This document shows, piece by piece, positions 23,961 to 33,253 of a stretch of 64,000 nucleotides of DNA. The stretch is from assembly GCA_963813715.1 (NCBI GenBank), contig CAWFAK010000005.1, forward strand, positions 448,001 through 512,000. Direction: 5' to 3'. The DNA comes from an uncultured Planctomycetaceae bacterium (GTDB taxonomy: Bacteria; Planctomycetota; Planctomycetia; Planctomycetales; Planctomycetaceae). The notes below the pieces were generated by a model. It worked only from the letters and a program-made list of their open reading frames with translations. It did no database searches and was not told where the DNA came from. How positions within the stretch are numbered: the first letter of the stretch is position 1; every line of letters begins with the position of its first letter. A program made the position numbers and the translations under genes.

Positions 23961-24716
23961 CGAAAATGCGCCCTCACCCCGGCCCTCTCCCGGCGGACCG
24001 GGCGAGGGGGGAAAGAGTGTGCCCGTCAGTCCCGCTGGCGGCCTACTCGCTAGGTCTTCCGCGTGGTGTCGATTGCGTCGGGTTCGGAGGCGGGCAGCGA
24101 CGAGGGCGGGACCGGGGATAGGTTCCCTCCGGGCGGCGCGGCGCAAGAGCAGGAAGGCGAGGTAGTCGTACACGCCGTGGGCGATCATGGCCGTGACGAG
24201 GTTGGGGGGGTGCGTCGCATCCAGGAGCAGGCCGAAGTAGCCGCCCATCAAGCCGGCCAGGATGGCGTAGGTCGGCGTCAGGAAGTGCAGCAGGCCGAAA
24301 ATGACGTTGCTGGCGATCAGGCCGGCAATGCGGCCCCAGCCGCCGAAGTTGAGCCAGCTCTCCAGGAGCCGTTGCAAGAGACCGCGAAAGAGGAGCTCTT
24401 CCCCGAAGCCGGCGAGCGCGGCGACGAAGATCAGCTCGTACCACCGGCACGTCCGGAGGGCCGGGCCGAGGATGTCCAAGACGACCCGCTTGATTCGTTC
24501 CAAAGCGGAGAACCGGAAGCGATCGGTCGCCAGCACCAACAGAAACGGAGGGAGCGCGGCCGCCAGGCCGAGCGCGACGCCCGTGCCGTCGATGTGGAAG
24601 TCGGCGAAGGGGTCGATGCGAAACACGAGCCCCAACCCGAGGGCCACGAAGGCCAGGCCGCCTTCGAAGATGGCGGCCAGTCGCAAGAATTGGGATCGAT
24701 CGGTCGGCTCGGCCAT
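23871..24716 (-). CDS. CPBP-family (CAAX/Abi) intramembrane glutamic protease; true C-terminus probably near 24043 (frameshift)
   Basis: GFGEELLFRG, FGLLH and AHGVYD motifs; multiple TM helices. Confidence 0.9.
   Translation of the reverse strand: MAEPTDRSQFLRLAAIFEGGLAFVALGLGLVFRIDPFADFHIDGTGVALGLAAALPPFLLVLATDRFRFSALERIKRVVLDILGPALRTCRWYELIFVAALAGFGEELLFRGLLQRLLESWLNFGGWGRIAGLIASNVIFGLLHFLTPTYAILAGLMGGYFGLLLDATHPPNLVTAMIAHGVYDYLAFLLLRRAARREPIPGPALVAARLRTRRNRHHAEDLASRPPAGLTGTLFPPSPGPPGEGRGEGAFSPNRSRPNLRVQSRHNRTGFFHHKDTKGTK
23971..24011. repeat. CCCTCACCCCGGCCCTCTCCC-type intergenic palindromic repeat
   Basis: ccctcaccccggccctctcccggcggaccgggcgagggggg, a widespread REP-like motif. Confidence 0.65.
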
Positions 24717-24981
24717 GGCCGATCCTATCGCGACGGTGCGCAGACTGTCCACAAAACTGGCAAAACCGCTGCCTTGCGAGCGCGGGGGAAACACTCGAAT
24801 TCCGGGAGCGGGGCGTCCGATACAAGACGTGGAAAGTGCGAACGAGCAGAGTCAAGGAATCGCCGTCATCGTTCTCCCCTCGGAACGGTGACGGCGATTT
24901 CGTTTCGGCGGGGCGCGTTGGTGACTGGGCGCGAGTTTGCGGACGGCGGCCGAATCTCGTCGGCTTGCCGGCGCTGGCCGT

Positions 24982-27840
24982 TCACTGCGAGCGGCGGCGG
25001 GCGCGGTCCTTCGCCTGCTGGAAGACGTCGATGGCCGCCTGGGCCGCCTCAGGCGTGGGCCCGGCGGGCGGAGGCGCGGCAGAGGTCGGCGGTGGCGTCG
25101 AAAGTGCCGCGGCTGGGGCTGACGTCGAACGGCCCGAGCGGTTGGCGGCCGGGCGTTGTCCGGCGCGACGTACCGGCAGATCCCACCACTTGCGCGTGGC
25201 GGCCGGTCGTGCGGGCTCGATTCGTGGAGCCGCGGTCTCCCGTTCGGGAATCAATGCCGACACGCGTTGCCAGAGCGAGAGGCGGCGGCCGGCGATTTCC
25301 GTCAGCAACAGGCCGATCGCCAGGCCCATCAGCCAGGGGATCAGCGAGAGCGAACGGGCGGAGCGCGGCGGATCGGAGAGCACCTCCAGCACGTCGGTGC
25401 GGAGCTTGCCGCCGCTGAGCTCGGCCATGCCCTTGAGCGTTTCGGTACCGCTGGGCAGGCCGATGCGTGGGACGAACTCGGGAGAATAGGGGAGCGTGAC
25501 GGCCGGCCCACGGACGAATTTTCGTTCGCCCGTTTTGACCAGCGTGCGGTACGTGCCGGTGCGGTCCATGCGGAAGCGAGCTTCCAGCGTGTCGGGGCCG
25601 GTCCACGTGAAGTCGGGCGTGAGCGGTTCCTCCCGCTCGGCCCCGGGGGGAACGACGATCAAGGTCGGCGGGCCTTGCCGCGACTTATCCGCGCGATCGG
25701 GATCGAGCTCGACGGTGGCGACGGCATCCTCGCCCGCCCGGTCGATCCGCACGAAGACGTCGTCGGGACTGGGGCTGCCCAACAGCCAGCGGACGTGGGT
25801 GATCAGAAAATCGTTGGCCTTGTCCCAGTGGCCGAACTGCCCGGCGTACTTGCCGTCGACCTCCAGCGTAAGCGCGGCCACGCGGCCCAGTCCGCGATAC
25901 CAAAATGCCGACCACGGAGCCTGGTACTCGTCCTGCGAGACGACGGCCGGCGTGGCCTCCGGCTTGAGATAGCAAAGGTTGTAACCATCGACGTTGGGGA
26001 ACGAGCCGCTGCCCAGCTCGCCCATCAGGCGGGATTGGCCGACGAGCTGTCCGGGAATGCCCTGTGGATGAGTGTCTTCTTTTTTGATGAAGGTGTTGCG
26101 GGCGATGTTCATCGTGTCTTGCGTGAACAGCCGCGGCAGCTCGAGCGGATCGTTGGCGAACATGATTTCGCCGCCGCCCCGCTTGGCGATGTCCTTGAGC
26201 AGCTCGGAGTCGCTGTCGTGATCGGTGCCCAGGCCAATCACGCTGACGGTGATGCCGCCGTCGGCGAGTTTGCGGATCACGGTCTTGTAGTCGTCGGGCT
26301 TTTCGCTGTCGTTGGCGTCGGCGAAGAGGATGATGTGCCGCGTGGAATAATCTTCCGCCTTGGTCAGCTGCTCGCCGGCCGCGACGAGAGCGTCGTAGAT
26401 GTAGATGCCGCCGCCCTGGCTCTCGATCTTGAGCACCTTCGAGCAGATGGCCTCGGTATCTTCGACGGGCCCCATCGGTTGAATGACGTGAGCGACGGTA
26501 TCGACGGCGAGCACCGACACCATGTCGCCCTCCGACAGCAGGCGGACGCACTCGGCCGTCCCCAGGTCGGCAAGGTCCATCTTGGTTTTGCCCCCTCCGA
26601 TGGGTACGGCCATGCTTCCCGAACGATCGAGGGCAATGGTAATGGCCACGCGGTTCTTGCGGTGCTCGTGCCTCAGCTCCATCGAAACCGGCAAGAGCGA
26701 GTCGAGCGGGCTCTTGAAGTAGCCGCCGACGCCGAAGCTGCGTTCGCCCCCGGTCAGCAAAAAGCCGCCCCCCAAGTCCTCGACATACTGGGCCAGGTGC
26801 TCCATCCGCACGCGGCCGAGCGCCGACGCCGGCACGTTCTCGACGACGATGGCCCGGTAGCGATCGAGCACGTCAGGCGACAAGTTCGACTTGCCGGCTG
26901 CCTGGAAATCGACGGGAATGTGGGCCGATTGCAGCGCTCGCCCGAGCGTTCCCTCTTTCCCATCGTTATTGACGACCAGCACCCGCGGGCCGGCATCCAC
27001 GAAGACGACGCCCGCCCCTACGTTGTTTTCCGCGAGTGGATCGCCCGGCACGTCGACCTCGACTTTGTAGGGCTGCATGCCGCCTTGTTCCAGCAGGTCG
27101 CGAAACGTGAGCCGGTTGCGACCGGAGACGAAATCCGCCTCCCGCCGCGCGATCAAATTGGAGCCGCGGAAGACGCGAACCTGCCCGTGAGCCTCGCGGT
27201 CGGCGTAGATGTCGACCGTGAATTGGAACGGCTCGCGGGGAGTGACCGAATCGGGGAGCTGAATCGACTCGACCGCAACGTCGCCCAGCCGTGGTCGCTC
27301 GAAGGGCCGATAATCGATCGGCACACCTTCTTCGCGGGCTCGCCGGGCCGCGGACAGCGGATCGGCCCCGTTGGCTTCGCCGTCGGAAAGCACCAGGAGG
27401 CGGGCCGGACGATTCTTGTCGACCAGGTTGAGGGACGTCGCAATGGCGTCGGACAAATCGCTGCCGTCGGGCTGAATCTCCTTGGTGAAGGCGCCCAGCG
27501 ACGAGTTGTCGGAAAGCGGGTGCTCGATCTGGGCCTTGCCGCCGAACGTCACCACGGCCACGCGGTCGCCCGTTTTGCGATTGCGTTCCAAATCGTGAAT
27601 CAGCGCCAGCACGCTGTCCTGAGCGGAGGCGGGCATCGAGCGGGAGCGATCGGCCACGACGACGATGTCGATCCCTTTGCCGCCCACGTCGATCCGCGGA
27701 CCGGCCAGCGCCGTGATCAGCGCCACCAGGAGCGCGATCCGCAGCCCCGCGGTGACGCCGGTCGCCCGGTTGAGACGCGTGAAGGCAATTCCCGCGGGAA
27801 TCGCCAACAGCAGCACCTCGGGGTATTGGAACCAGATCAT
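24982..27840 (-). CDS. Membrane protein with two VWA domains and a glutamine-amidotransferase-like middle domain
   Basis: MIDAS motifs DRSRS and DRSGS, LLVLSDG, GGGFLLTGG..SFGVGGY, N- and C-terminal TM helices. ATGA overlap with the upstream gene. Confidence 0.85.
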   Translation of the reverse strand: MIWFQYPEVLLLAIPAGIAFTRLNRATGVTAGLRIALLVALITALAGPRIDVGGKGIDIVVVADRSRSMPASAQDSVLALIHDLERNRKTGDRVAVVTFGGKAQIEHPLSDNSSLGAFTKEIQPDGSDLSDAIATSLNLVDKNRPARLLVLSDGEANGADPLSAARRAREEGVPIDYRPFERPRLGDVAVESIQLPDSVTPREPFQFTVDIYADREAHGQVRVFRGSNLIARREADFVSGRNRLTFRDLLEQGGMQPYKVEVDVPGDPLAENNVGAGVVFVDAGPRVLVVNNDGKEGTLGRALQSAHIPVDFQAAGKSNLSPDVLDRYRAIVVENVPASALGRVRMEHLAQYVEDLGGGFLLTGGERSFGVGGYFKSPLDSLLPVSMELRHEHRKNRVAITIALDRSGSMAVPIGGGKTKMDLADLGTAECVRLLSEGDMVSVLAVDTVAHVIQPMGPVEDTEAICSKVLKIESQGGGIYIYDALVAAGEQLTKAEDYSTRHIILFADANDSEKPDDYKTVIRKLADGGITVSVIGLGTDHDSDSELLKDIAKRGGGEIMFANDPLELPRLFTQDTMNIARNTFIKKEDTHPQGIPGQLVGQSRLMGELGSGSFPNVDGYNLCYLKPEATPAVVSQDEYQAPWSAFWYRGLGRVAALTLEVDGKYAGQFGHWDKANDFLITHVRWLLGSPSPDDVFVRIDRAGEDAVATVELDPDRADKSRQGPPTLIVVPPGAEREEPLTPDFTWTGPDTLEARFRMDRTGTYRTLVKTGERKFVRGPAVTLPYSPEFVPRIGLPSGTETLKGMAELSGGKLRTDVLEVLSDPPRSARSLSLIPWLMGLAIGLLLTEIAGRRLSLWQRVSALIPERETAAPRIEPARPAATRKWWDLPVRRAGQRPAANRSGRSTSAPAAALSTPPPTSAAPPPAGPTPEAAQAAIDVFQQAKDRARRRSQ

Positions 27841-29681
27841 GGAAGCACCCGTCGGGCGCGGGCCTGCCGATCGAGGACGAACCAATCGGCCAACAGGGCA
27901 ACCAGAATGACGGCGATTCCCGCCGCAATCAGCCAGGAGAACGGATCATCGAGACGATAGCTCAAGGCGGGCGGTTCGCTCACGGCGTCGCGCACGCCCG
28001 GGCCGAGAGTGCTCAGGTTCGACTCGACCGGATCGTGAAAATTGACCGCGAACCGTCCCAGCGATCGATCGCCTTCGCGGACTTCATAAATGCCCGCCTG
28101 CTGCAGCGGAGGGATTTCGACGATCGACCCGCGGGCCAGCGGCACGGTTTTGCTGCCAAAGACCAAGGTCAGCGGATCGCTGCCGCGGTCGCCGGCGTTG
28201 GGGCGGAACGTGATCTCTTCGTTAAGGCGATAATTCCAACGTTTGAGTCCAGGAAGGGCATCGCGGCACATCTCGACGAGGTTTTTGACCAGGATCGGCC
28301 AGTCGGGACTTTCGGCAAGGTTCGAGCGGGCAAAATCGAGATTGAGCAGATAGGCGGCCGTTTGCGTGCCGGTCAGCCGACTCAACAGCAGCTGTTTGCC
28401 GGCACTCACCAGCGGCGTGGCCTCGAGTGGTTTCCCTGCGACAGCAACAGGCTGCACACCGCCGAAGACGACGCCTCCCAAGACGACGCCGTCCAACAGC
28501 GGGTGCCGCTTCTCGAGCAAGTAGGGGCCGACGAGATCCTTCGACTGTTTGCGGGCCGCCTCGGACCCATCGATTGGACCGATTCCCAGCCAGGTCAGGC
28601 CCGTCTGCGACGGCGGCAGCTTGGCGGATTCGCCGATCAGGAGCTGCGCGTCGCCGGGCGAGCCGAACTGCGTCTCCGAGATCCCTGCCAGAGCTCGCTG
28701 CACGGGACGTACGGCCGCGTGATCGGCCGGCAGCGAAATCGCGATCGTCACCGTGCGGACCTTGGGCTCGATCAGTGTGACATGGTTGTCGACTTCCAAT
28801 CCGTCGCCCGGGGAATGCGTGTCGACCGTCAGTTCGCCCAAGCCGCCGCGGACGTCGGTCTCGAGCGAAGCGTCGGCTCCCGCCTGCAGCGACAGCGTTT
28901 TCGCAAAGAGTTCCTGCTCGCCGTGGCGGCCGCGGACCTGCACCTCGGTCGCTTTTTTGCCCGAGTTGGCGATCCGCAGGAAGACGCGGCCCTTGTTGGC
29001 CTTGGGATCAAACGTCCAGCGCGCCGCGGTGATGGCCGTGTTTTCCAATGCCTGCCCGAGCGAAACAATCTCCATCGTTTTCGGGGTCGGCGCCGATTTG
29101 GCCGGCAGATGATTGGTCAGGAAGACGATCCGCCCACTGCTCTCGGAGAGTTGTGCGGCCAGATCCCAGGCCGGCTCGAAGTCGTGCGCCACGGCTTGCG
29201 GGTTCCAACCATCGAGCGCGGCCTGCGCCTTGGCCAGAGGCACCGCAGGCTCGGTGAGCAATTCGGGGCGGCGTCCGGTGACGATCAACGTGGCGACGCT
29301 ACCCGACGGCAGCCTTTGGAAGCGGCGGACAATTTCCTCGACCGCCTCTTCGCGAAACGACCTTCGTCCCGGCGGACGGGCCTGCATCGACGCCGAGTTG
29401 TCCAACACGACGATCACGTGTTCGACCCGGCGCGACTCGGCCCAGCGCGGCTGGGCCAGCACGAGCGACAACACGGCAGCCGCCAGCAACTCCAGCAACA
29501 AAGACGCCGTAATCGGCAGACGCTCGCGGCGCCGGCCGGCCTCGCGGACCTGCGTCTGCACGCCCCACAGGTGCAGCCCGCCGATCAACAAAGGCGGAAA
29601 CCGCCGGTAATACAAATGCAGAATGAGAATCGCCGGGACTGCCAGCAGGCCGAGCAATCCCCAGGGGTTGGCAAAGCTCAT
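27837..29681 (-). CDS. BatA-N / VWA domain membrane protein
   Basis: MSFANPWGLLGLLAVPAILILHL, VLDNSASM, FAVNF..PVESNL and a C-terminal TM helix. Confidence 0.85.
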   Translation of the reverse strand: MSFANPWGLLGLLAVPAILILHLYYRRFPPLLIGGLHLWGVQTQVREAGRRRERLPITASLLLELLAAAVLSLVLAQPRWAESRRVEHVIVVLDNSASMQARPPGRRSFREEAVEEIVRRFQRLPSGSVATLIVTGRRPELLTEPAVPLAKAQAALDGWNPQAVAHDFEPAWDLAAQLSESSGRIVFLTNHLPAKSAPTPKTMEIVSLGQALENTAITAARWTFDPKANKGRVFLRIANSGKKATEVQVRGRHGEQELFAKTLSLQAGADASLETDVRGGLGELTVDTHSPGDGLEVDNHVTLIEPKVRTVTIAISLPADHAAVRPVQRALAGISETQFGSPGDAQLLIGESAKLPPSQTGLTWLGIGPIDGSEAARKQSKDLVGPYLLEKRHPLLDGVVLGGVVFGGVQPVAVAGKPLEATPLVSAGKQLLLSRLTGTQTAAYLLNLDFARSNLAESPDWPILVKNLVEMCRDALPGLKRWNYRLNEEITFRPNAGDRGSDPLTLVFGSKTVPLARGSIVEIPPLQQAGIYEVREGDRSLGRFAVNFHDPVESNLSTLGPGVRDAVSEPPALSYRLDDPFSWLIAAGIAVILVALLADWFVLDRQARARRVLP

Positions 29682-29720
29682 CGGTGCATCTCGGCGACGG
29701 CGAACGGTCGCTTTCTGCCT

Positions 29721-30589
29721 TCAGGCGGCCGGGACCAGCAGTCCGGCCTGGGTCAGATCGTTGCGGCACAAGCTCGGCAAACCCCGATCGGCCATCAGCG
29801 TCACGAATCGGCCGTGCGCCGCACGGCAGCTGCGCCGCAGCCCCTCCTGCACCCGGCCGAGCCGTTCGCGGTAGGCGGCGACCGTTTTGCGATCCAGGAG
29901 CAAGTCGACGCTGCCTTGCGTCTCGACGTCGATCAGCCGGCGTCCTTCGCTGGGGGACGGATCGGCTTCCCACTCGTTCAAAAGCTGCACCAGCCACAAG
30001 CGCCCGCCTCGCGCGAGAGCCGGCGGACAAGCGCATCGGGATCGTGAGGGAAGAGGAAATCGGAAACGACGATCCGCACCGCCTGCCGTTTGAGCGGCAC
30101 GACGTTGTCCGCGATCAATTCCTCGAGGGTGGCCGTGCCCGAGAAGGGGAGCGCGGCCAGATTGTCGAGCGCCTCCAGCGACAGGAGCCGCGAAGGACGC
30201 GCGTCGTCGAGCAGCACCACGCTGGGGCGGCCGCCGACCCGCGCGGACAACAGGGCAAACATCGCGGCGAGTTGCCGGGCCACGCGGGGTTTGGCATCGC
30301 CGCCGGTGGTCATCGAACGGCTGGCATCGAGCAGTATTTCAGTACGGGGGCTGATCTCTTCCCGATAGAGACGGACCATCAAGGAGTCACTGCGGGCATA
30401 GGCCGACCAGTCGACGTGCCGAATGTCGTCGCCCGGCAGATACTCGCGATATTCCTGAAATTCAAGCGAGCTGCCCGTGCCGCGGCCGAGCAACTCGCCG
30501 GACGAACCTGCCACGGGCAGCCGAGGCGACGCGAGGCGATAGGCGGCCAGGGCCTGCTGAACTTCGGGATCGTGCCGCACGGATTTCAT
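29721..30589 (-). CDS. DUF58 domain protein (frameshift near 30008)
   Basis: GTGSSLEFQEYREYLPGDDIRHVDW, DASRSM and VSDFL; continues in ORF 29721..29999. Confidence 0.9.
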
Positions 30590-30602
30590 GACTCGATCCG
30601 TT

Positions 30603-32189
30603 TCACGACGTGGCGGCGCCCGGTTCGAGCACCATCCCGGTCAGTGCGGCAGCCTGCGCCTCTTTGCGTCGAGCGACCTCGAGCTCAATCTCACCGCGAA
30701 CGGGATTGCGCAGGACTTCGCGAAACGCGCGGACCATCGCCCGCCCATTGATGGCGATCGCTAACACCGCGCCGATCGCCCCCTCAATAACCGGAAGGGA
30801 GTTATTCGTGTGGTCCTCCATGATGTCGTTGATCGTCACGATGGGAAAGACAATGTCGATCGGCTGGAAGGTGTTGTCGCGAAAGTTCGATAAAAAGTGC
30901 CAGAGGAATTCCAGTAGAACCAGCAGCAGATTGATCAAGAGCAAGAGCGCAATGAGATGTCCCGGCGAGAAATTCGTCATCACGGTGCGGAAGAGCCGGG
31001 TCAGAAAGGCGCCGGCCCCCATGTAAATGACAGCGTACGCGATCGTGACCTCGGCGGCCGACCATTCCCGCGAGGTCGAATGCAGATGCGTGGTGACCGT
31101 TTTGGTTTCCAGATTCATCGCCAATATCGCGAGCACGGTCATGAGGCCAATCGATCCCAATCCGAAGATCAATCCCCGCGTTCCACCCGGCAGGAAGGGA
31201 ACCCAGACCGCCCGCATCCAGCGCGAACGCGGCAGCCCCCGCGCCACGCGGCGCGAAAGCCCGTCGGCCTCGGCAATGACAAACAGCCCGGCGATGGTGA
31301 GGAAAATGCTCGTCAGCGTGACCATCACGTAGATGTTCATGTCGGCGAACGAACTTTTGAACAAGGCGACGTAGCCCAAGATGGCCAGCCAGCCGATCAG
31401 CCACTGAGCGGTCACCGTCAGGCGAATTCCCGAGCTGCGGTTGTCCGATTCGAAGGTCAGCTGGGCAATCGCGACCTGCTGACAGAGATACGAACTGGAG
31501 AGGGCGAAGAACACGGCGATGCCAATGCCCCACCAGGTGGAGGCTTCGCCCAGCGACAGATTGGCTTGGAAGGTGAACGAGGCGAACATGAACAGGCCGA
31601 TGAACGCCAGGACGATCACACCCAACGAGCCGAAGGCTTGGGAGATTCTGTTCTTCGTTTGCGCTCCGATCGCCAGCCCGACAGACGAGAACGCGAACGA
31701 CACAACCAAGAGGATCCCCAGGTTGAACATCGTGCGGACGAAGTCGAAGCCGGGCAGCAGCGACGTAAACGCGATGAACGGCGTAATCGCCGAGAAGTAG
31801 ACCAGTACCTGAACCAGCGCACTGAGCGACTTGCCCCACACGATCTGCCGGGGTGACATCGCGGTGATCTGCACCAGCTCGAGCGTGTTCTCGGCCCGCT
31901 CTTCGACGATGCTGCGAAACGCCGCAAAGGGGACGATCACGAGCGATGCCACACAGAGGATCAAGAAGAACAGGATGAAGAAGCCCTCGGCCGACGAGCC
32001 ATACTCGATCGAATCGCCCGTCATCGTGATGCCGAAGATCGAACCGCCCCAGGCCACCAGCAGCAACAGCACGAACGTACCGACGAACTGCCGGCTCTTG
32101 AGCGATTGCCGCACTTCTTTCACGACGATGGCGTTGCAGTGATCTCCAAAGCGTTCCAGCCGACGGATCGCGAGCGGCAGGCTGCTCAT
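30603..32189 (-). CDS. ABC-2 type transporter permease
   Basis: NAIVVKEVRQSLKSR, EERAENTLELV...QIVWGK; many TM helices; overlaps the ATPase stop. Confidence 0.8.
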   Translation of the reverse strand: MSSLPLAIRRLERFGDHCNAIVVKEVRQSLKSRQFVGTFVLLLLVAWGGSIFGITMTGDSIEYGSSAEGFFILFFLILCVASLVIVPFAAFRSIVEERAENTLELVQITAMSPRQIVWGKSLSALVQVLVYFSAITPFIAFTSLLPGFDFVRTMFNLGILLVVSFAFSSVGLAIGAQTKNRISQAFGSLGVIVLAFIGLFMFASFTFQANLSLGEASTWWGIGIAVFFALSSSYLCQQVAIAQLTFESDNRSSGIRLTVTAQWLIGWLAILGYVALFKSSFADMNIYVMVTLTSIFLTIAGLFVIAEADGLSRRVARGLPRSRWMRAVWVPFLPGGTRGLIFGLGSIGLMTVLAILAMNLETKTVTTHLHSTSREWSAAEVTIAYAVIYMGAGAFLTRLFRTVMTNFSPGHLIALLLLINLLLVLLEFLWHFLSNFRDNTFQPIDIVFPIVTINDIMEDHTNNSLPVIEGAIGAVLAIAINGRAMVRAFREVLRNPVRGEIELEVARRKEAQAAALTGMVLEPGAATS

Positions 32190-33205
32190 TGGGTCACCCC
32201 CTTGGTGATCGCCAGGAAAGCGTCCTCGAGCGTTTCGCTGCGCCCCCGGAACTCCACGACGTCCAGATTCTCCCGCACCATGAGACGCAGCAGATCGCAC
32301 AGGCCCGCCTCGTCGCCGGTGAATTCGAACGTCGCCGTCTGGGCCACCACGGTCACGCCGCTGGCCAGCGGCTGTTCCAGGAGCAGGCGCTCGAGTCGCT
32401 CGACGTCGCGGAGCACGCGGACACAGACGGCGGCGCCGGTCGAGCGTCCCTGCGAGGCGCGTTGGGCTTGTTGGATCTCGTCGATCGTCCCGCTAGCCAG
32501 GATGCGGCCCGCTTCGATAATGGCGGCCGAATCACAGATTTCACCCAACTCGGTGAGGATATGCGAACTGATCAGCACCGTCTTTTTCAGTTCCCGCGCC
32601 AAGAGCCGCACCAGCTCTCGAAGCTCGATCCGGGCTCGAGGATCGAGACCGGCGGCCGGCTCGTCCAGGATCAACACGGCCGGGTCGTTGATCAACGTGC
32701 GGGCCAGCCCAAGACGCTGCGACAGGCCCTTCGACAGTGAAATGACCGGCTTTTCGACAAGGGGTTTCAACTCGGTGAAGACAAGCACCCGCTCGACGGC
32801 GTCGCGACGGGCCGGCGGCGACAGGTTATAGGCCCGCGCAAAGTAGTCGATGTACTCCAGCACGTTCATGTTGGCGTATTTGCCAAAGCTGTCGGGCATG
32901 AAGCCGACAATCTTGCGGACTTTGTCGGGATCGTCGATCACCGAGTAGCCGTTGATGAAGGCGTCGCCCGCCGTGGGCACGTCGAGCGTCGCCAGAATTC
33001 GCATGGCCGTCGTTTTGCCGGCACCGTTAGGGCCGATGAAGCCAATCACCTGCCCGCGATACGCGCGAAACGAGACATCGTTGACGGCTTTCAGCCGGCC
33101 GAAATAGCGGTGCAGATGCCGACACTCGATCGCCGGCGTCGCGTTGCCGTTCGAGGCAACCGCGGGGGCGGGTGGAGTGCCGATTCGGGTTTGGCCGTCG
33201 CTCAT
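32186..33205 (-). CDS. ABC transporter ATP-binding protein
   Basis: GPNGAGKTT Walker A, LSKG signature, LILDEP Walker B, SSHIL. Confidence 0.95.
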   Translation of the reverse strand: MSDGQTRIGTPPAPAVASNGNATPAIECRHLHRYFGRLKAVNDVSFRAYRGQVIGFIGPNGAGKTTAMRILATLDVPTAGDAFINGYSVIDDPDKVRKIVGFMPDSFGKYANMNVLEYIDYFARAYNLSPPARRDAVERVLVFTELKPLVEKPVISLSKGLSQRLGLARTLINDPAVLILDEPAAGLDPRARIELRELVRLLARELKKTVLISSHILTELGEICDSAAIIEAGRILASGTIDEIQQAQRASQGRSTGAAVCVRVLRDVERLERLLLEQPLASGVTVVAQTATFEFTGDEAGLCDLLRLMVRENLDVVEFRGRSETLEDAFLAITKGVTQ

Positions 33206-33253
33206 GGATCGCGCGTGATTGAGGGATTGAGTGAGTTTTGAAATCGAGACATT

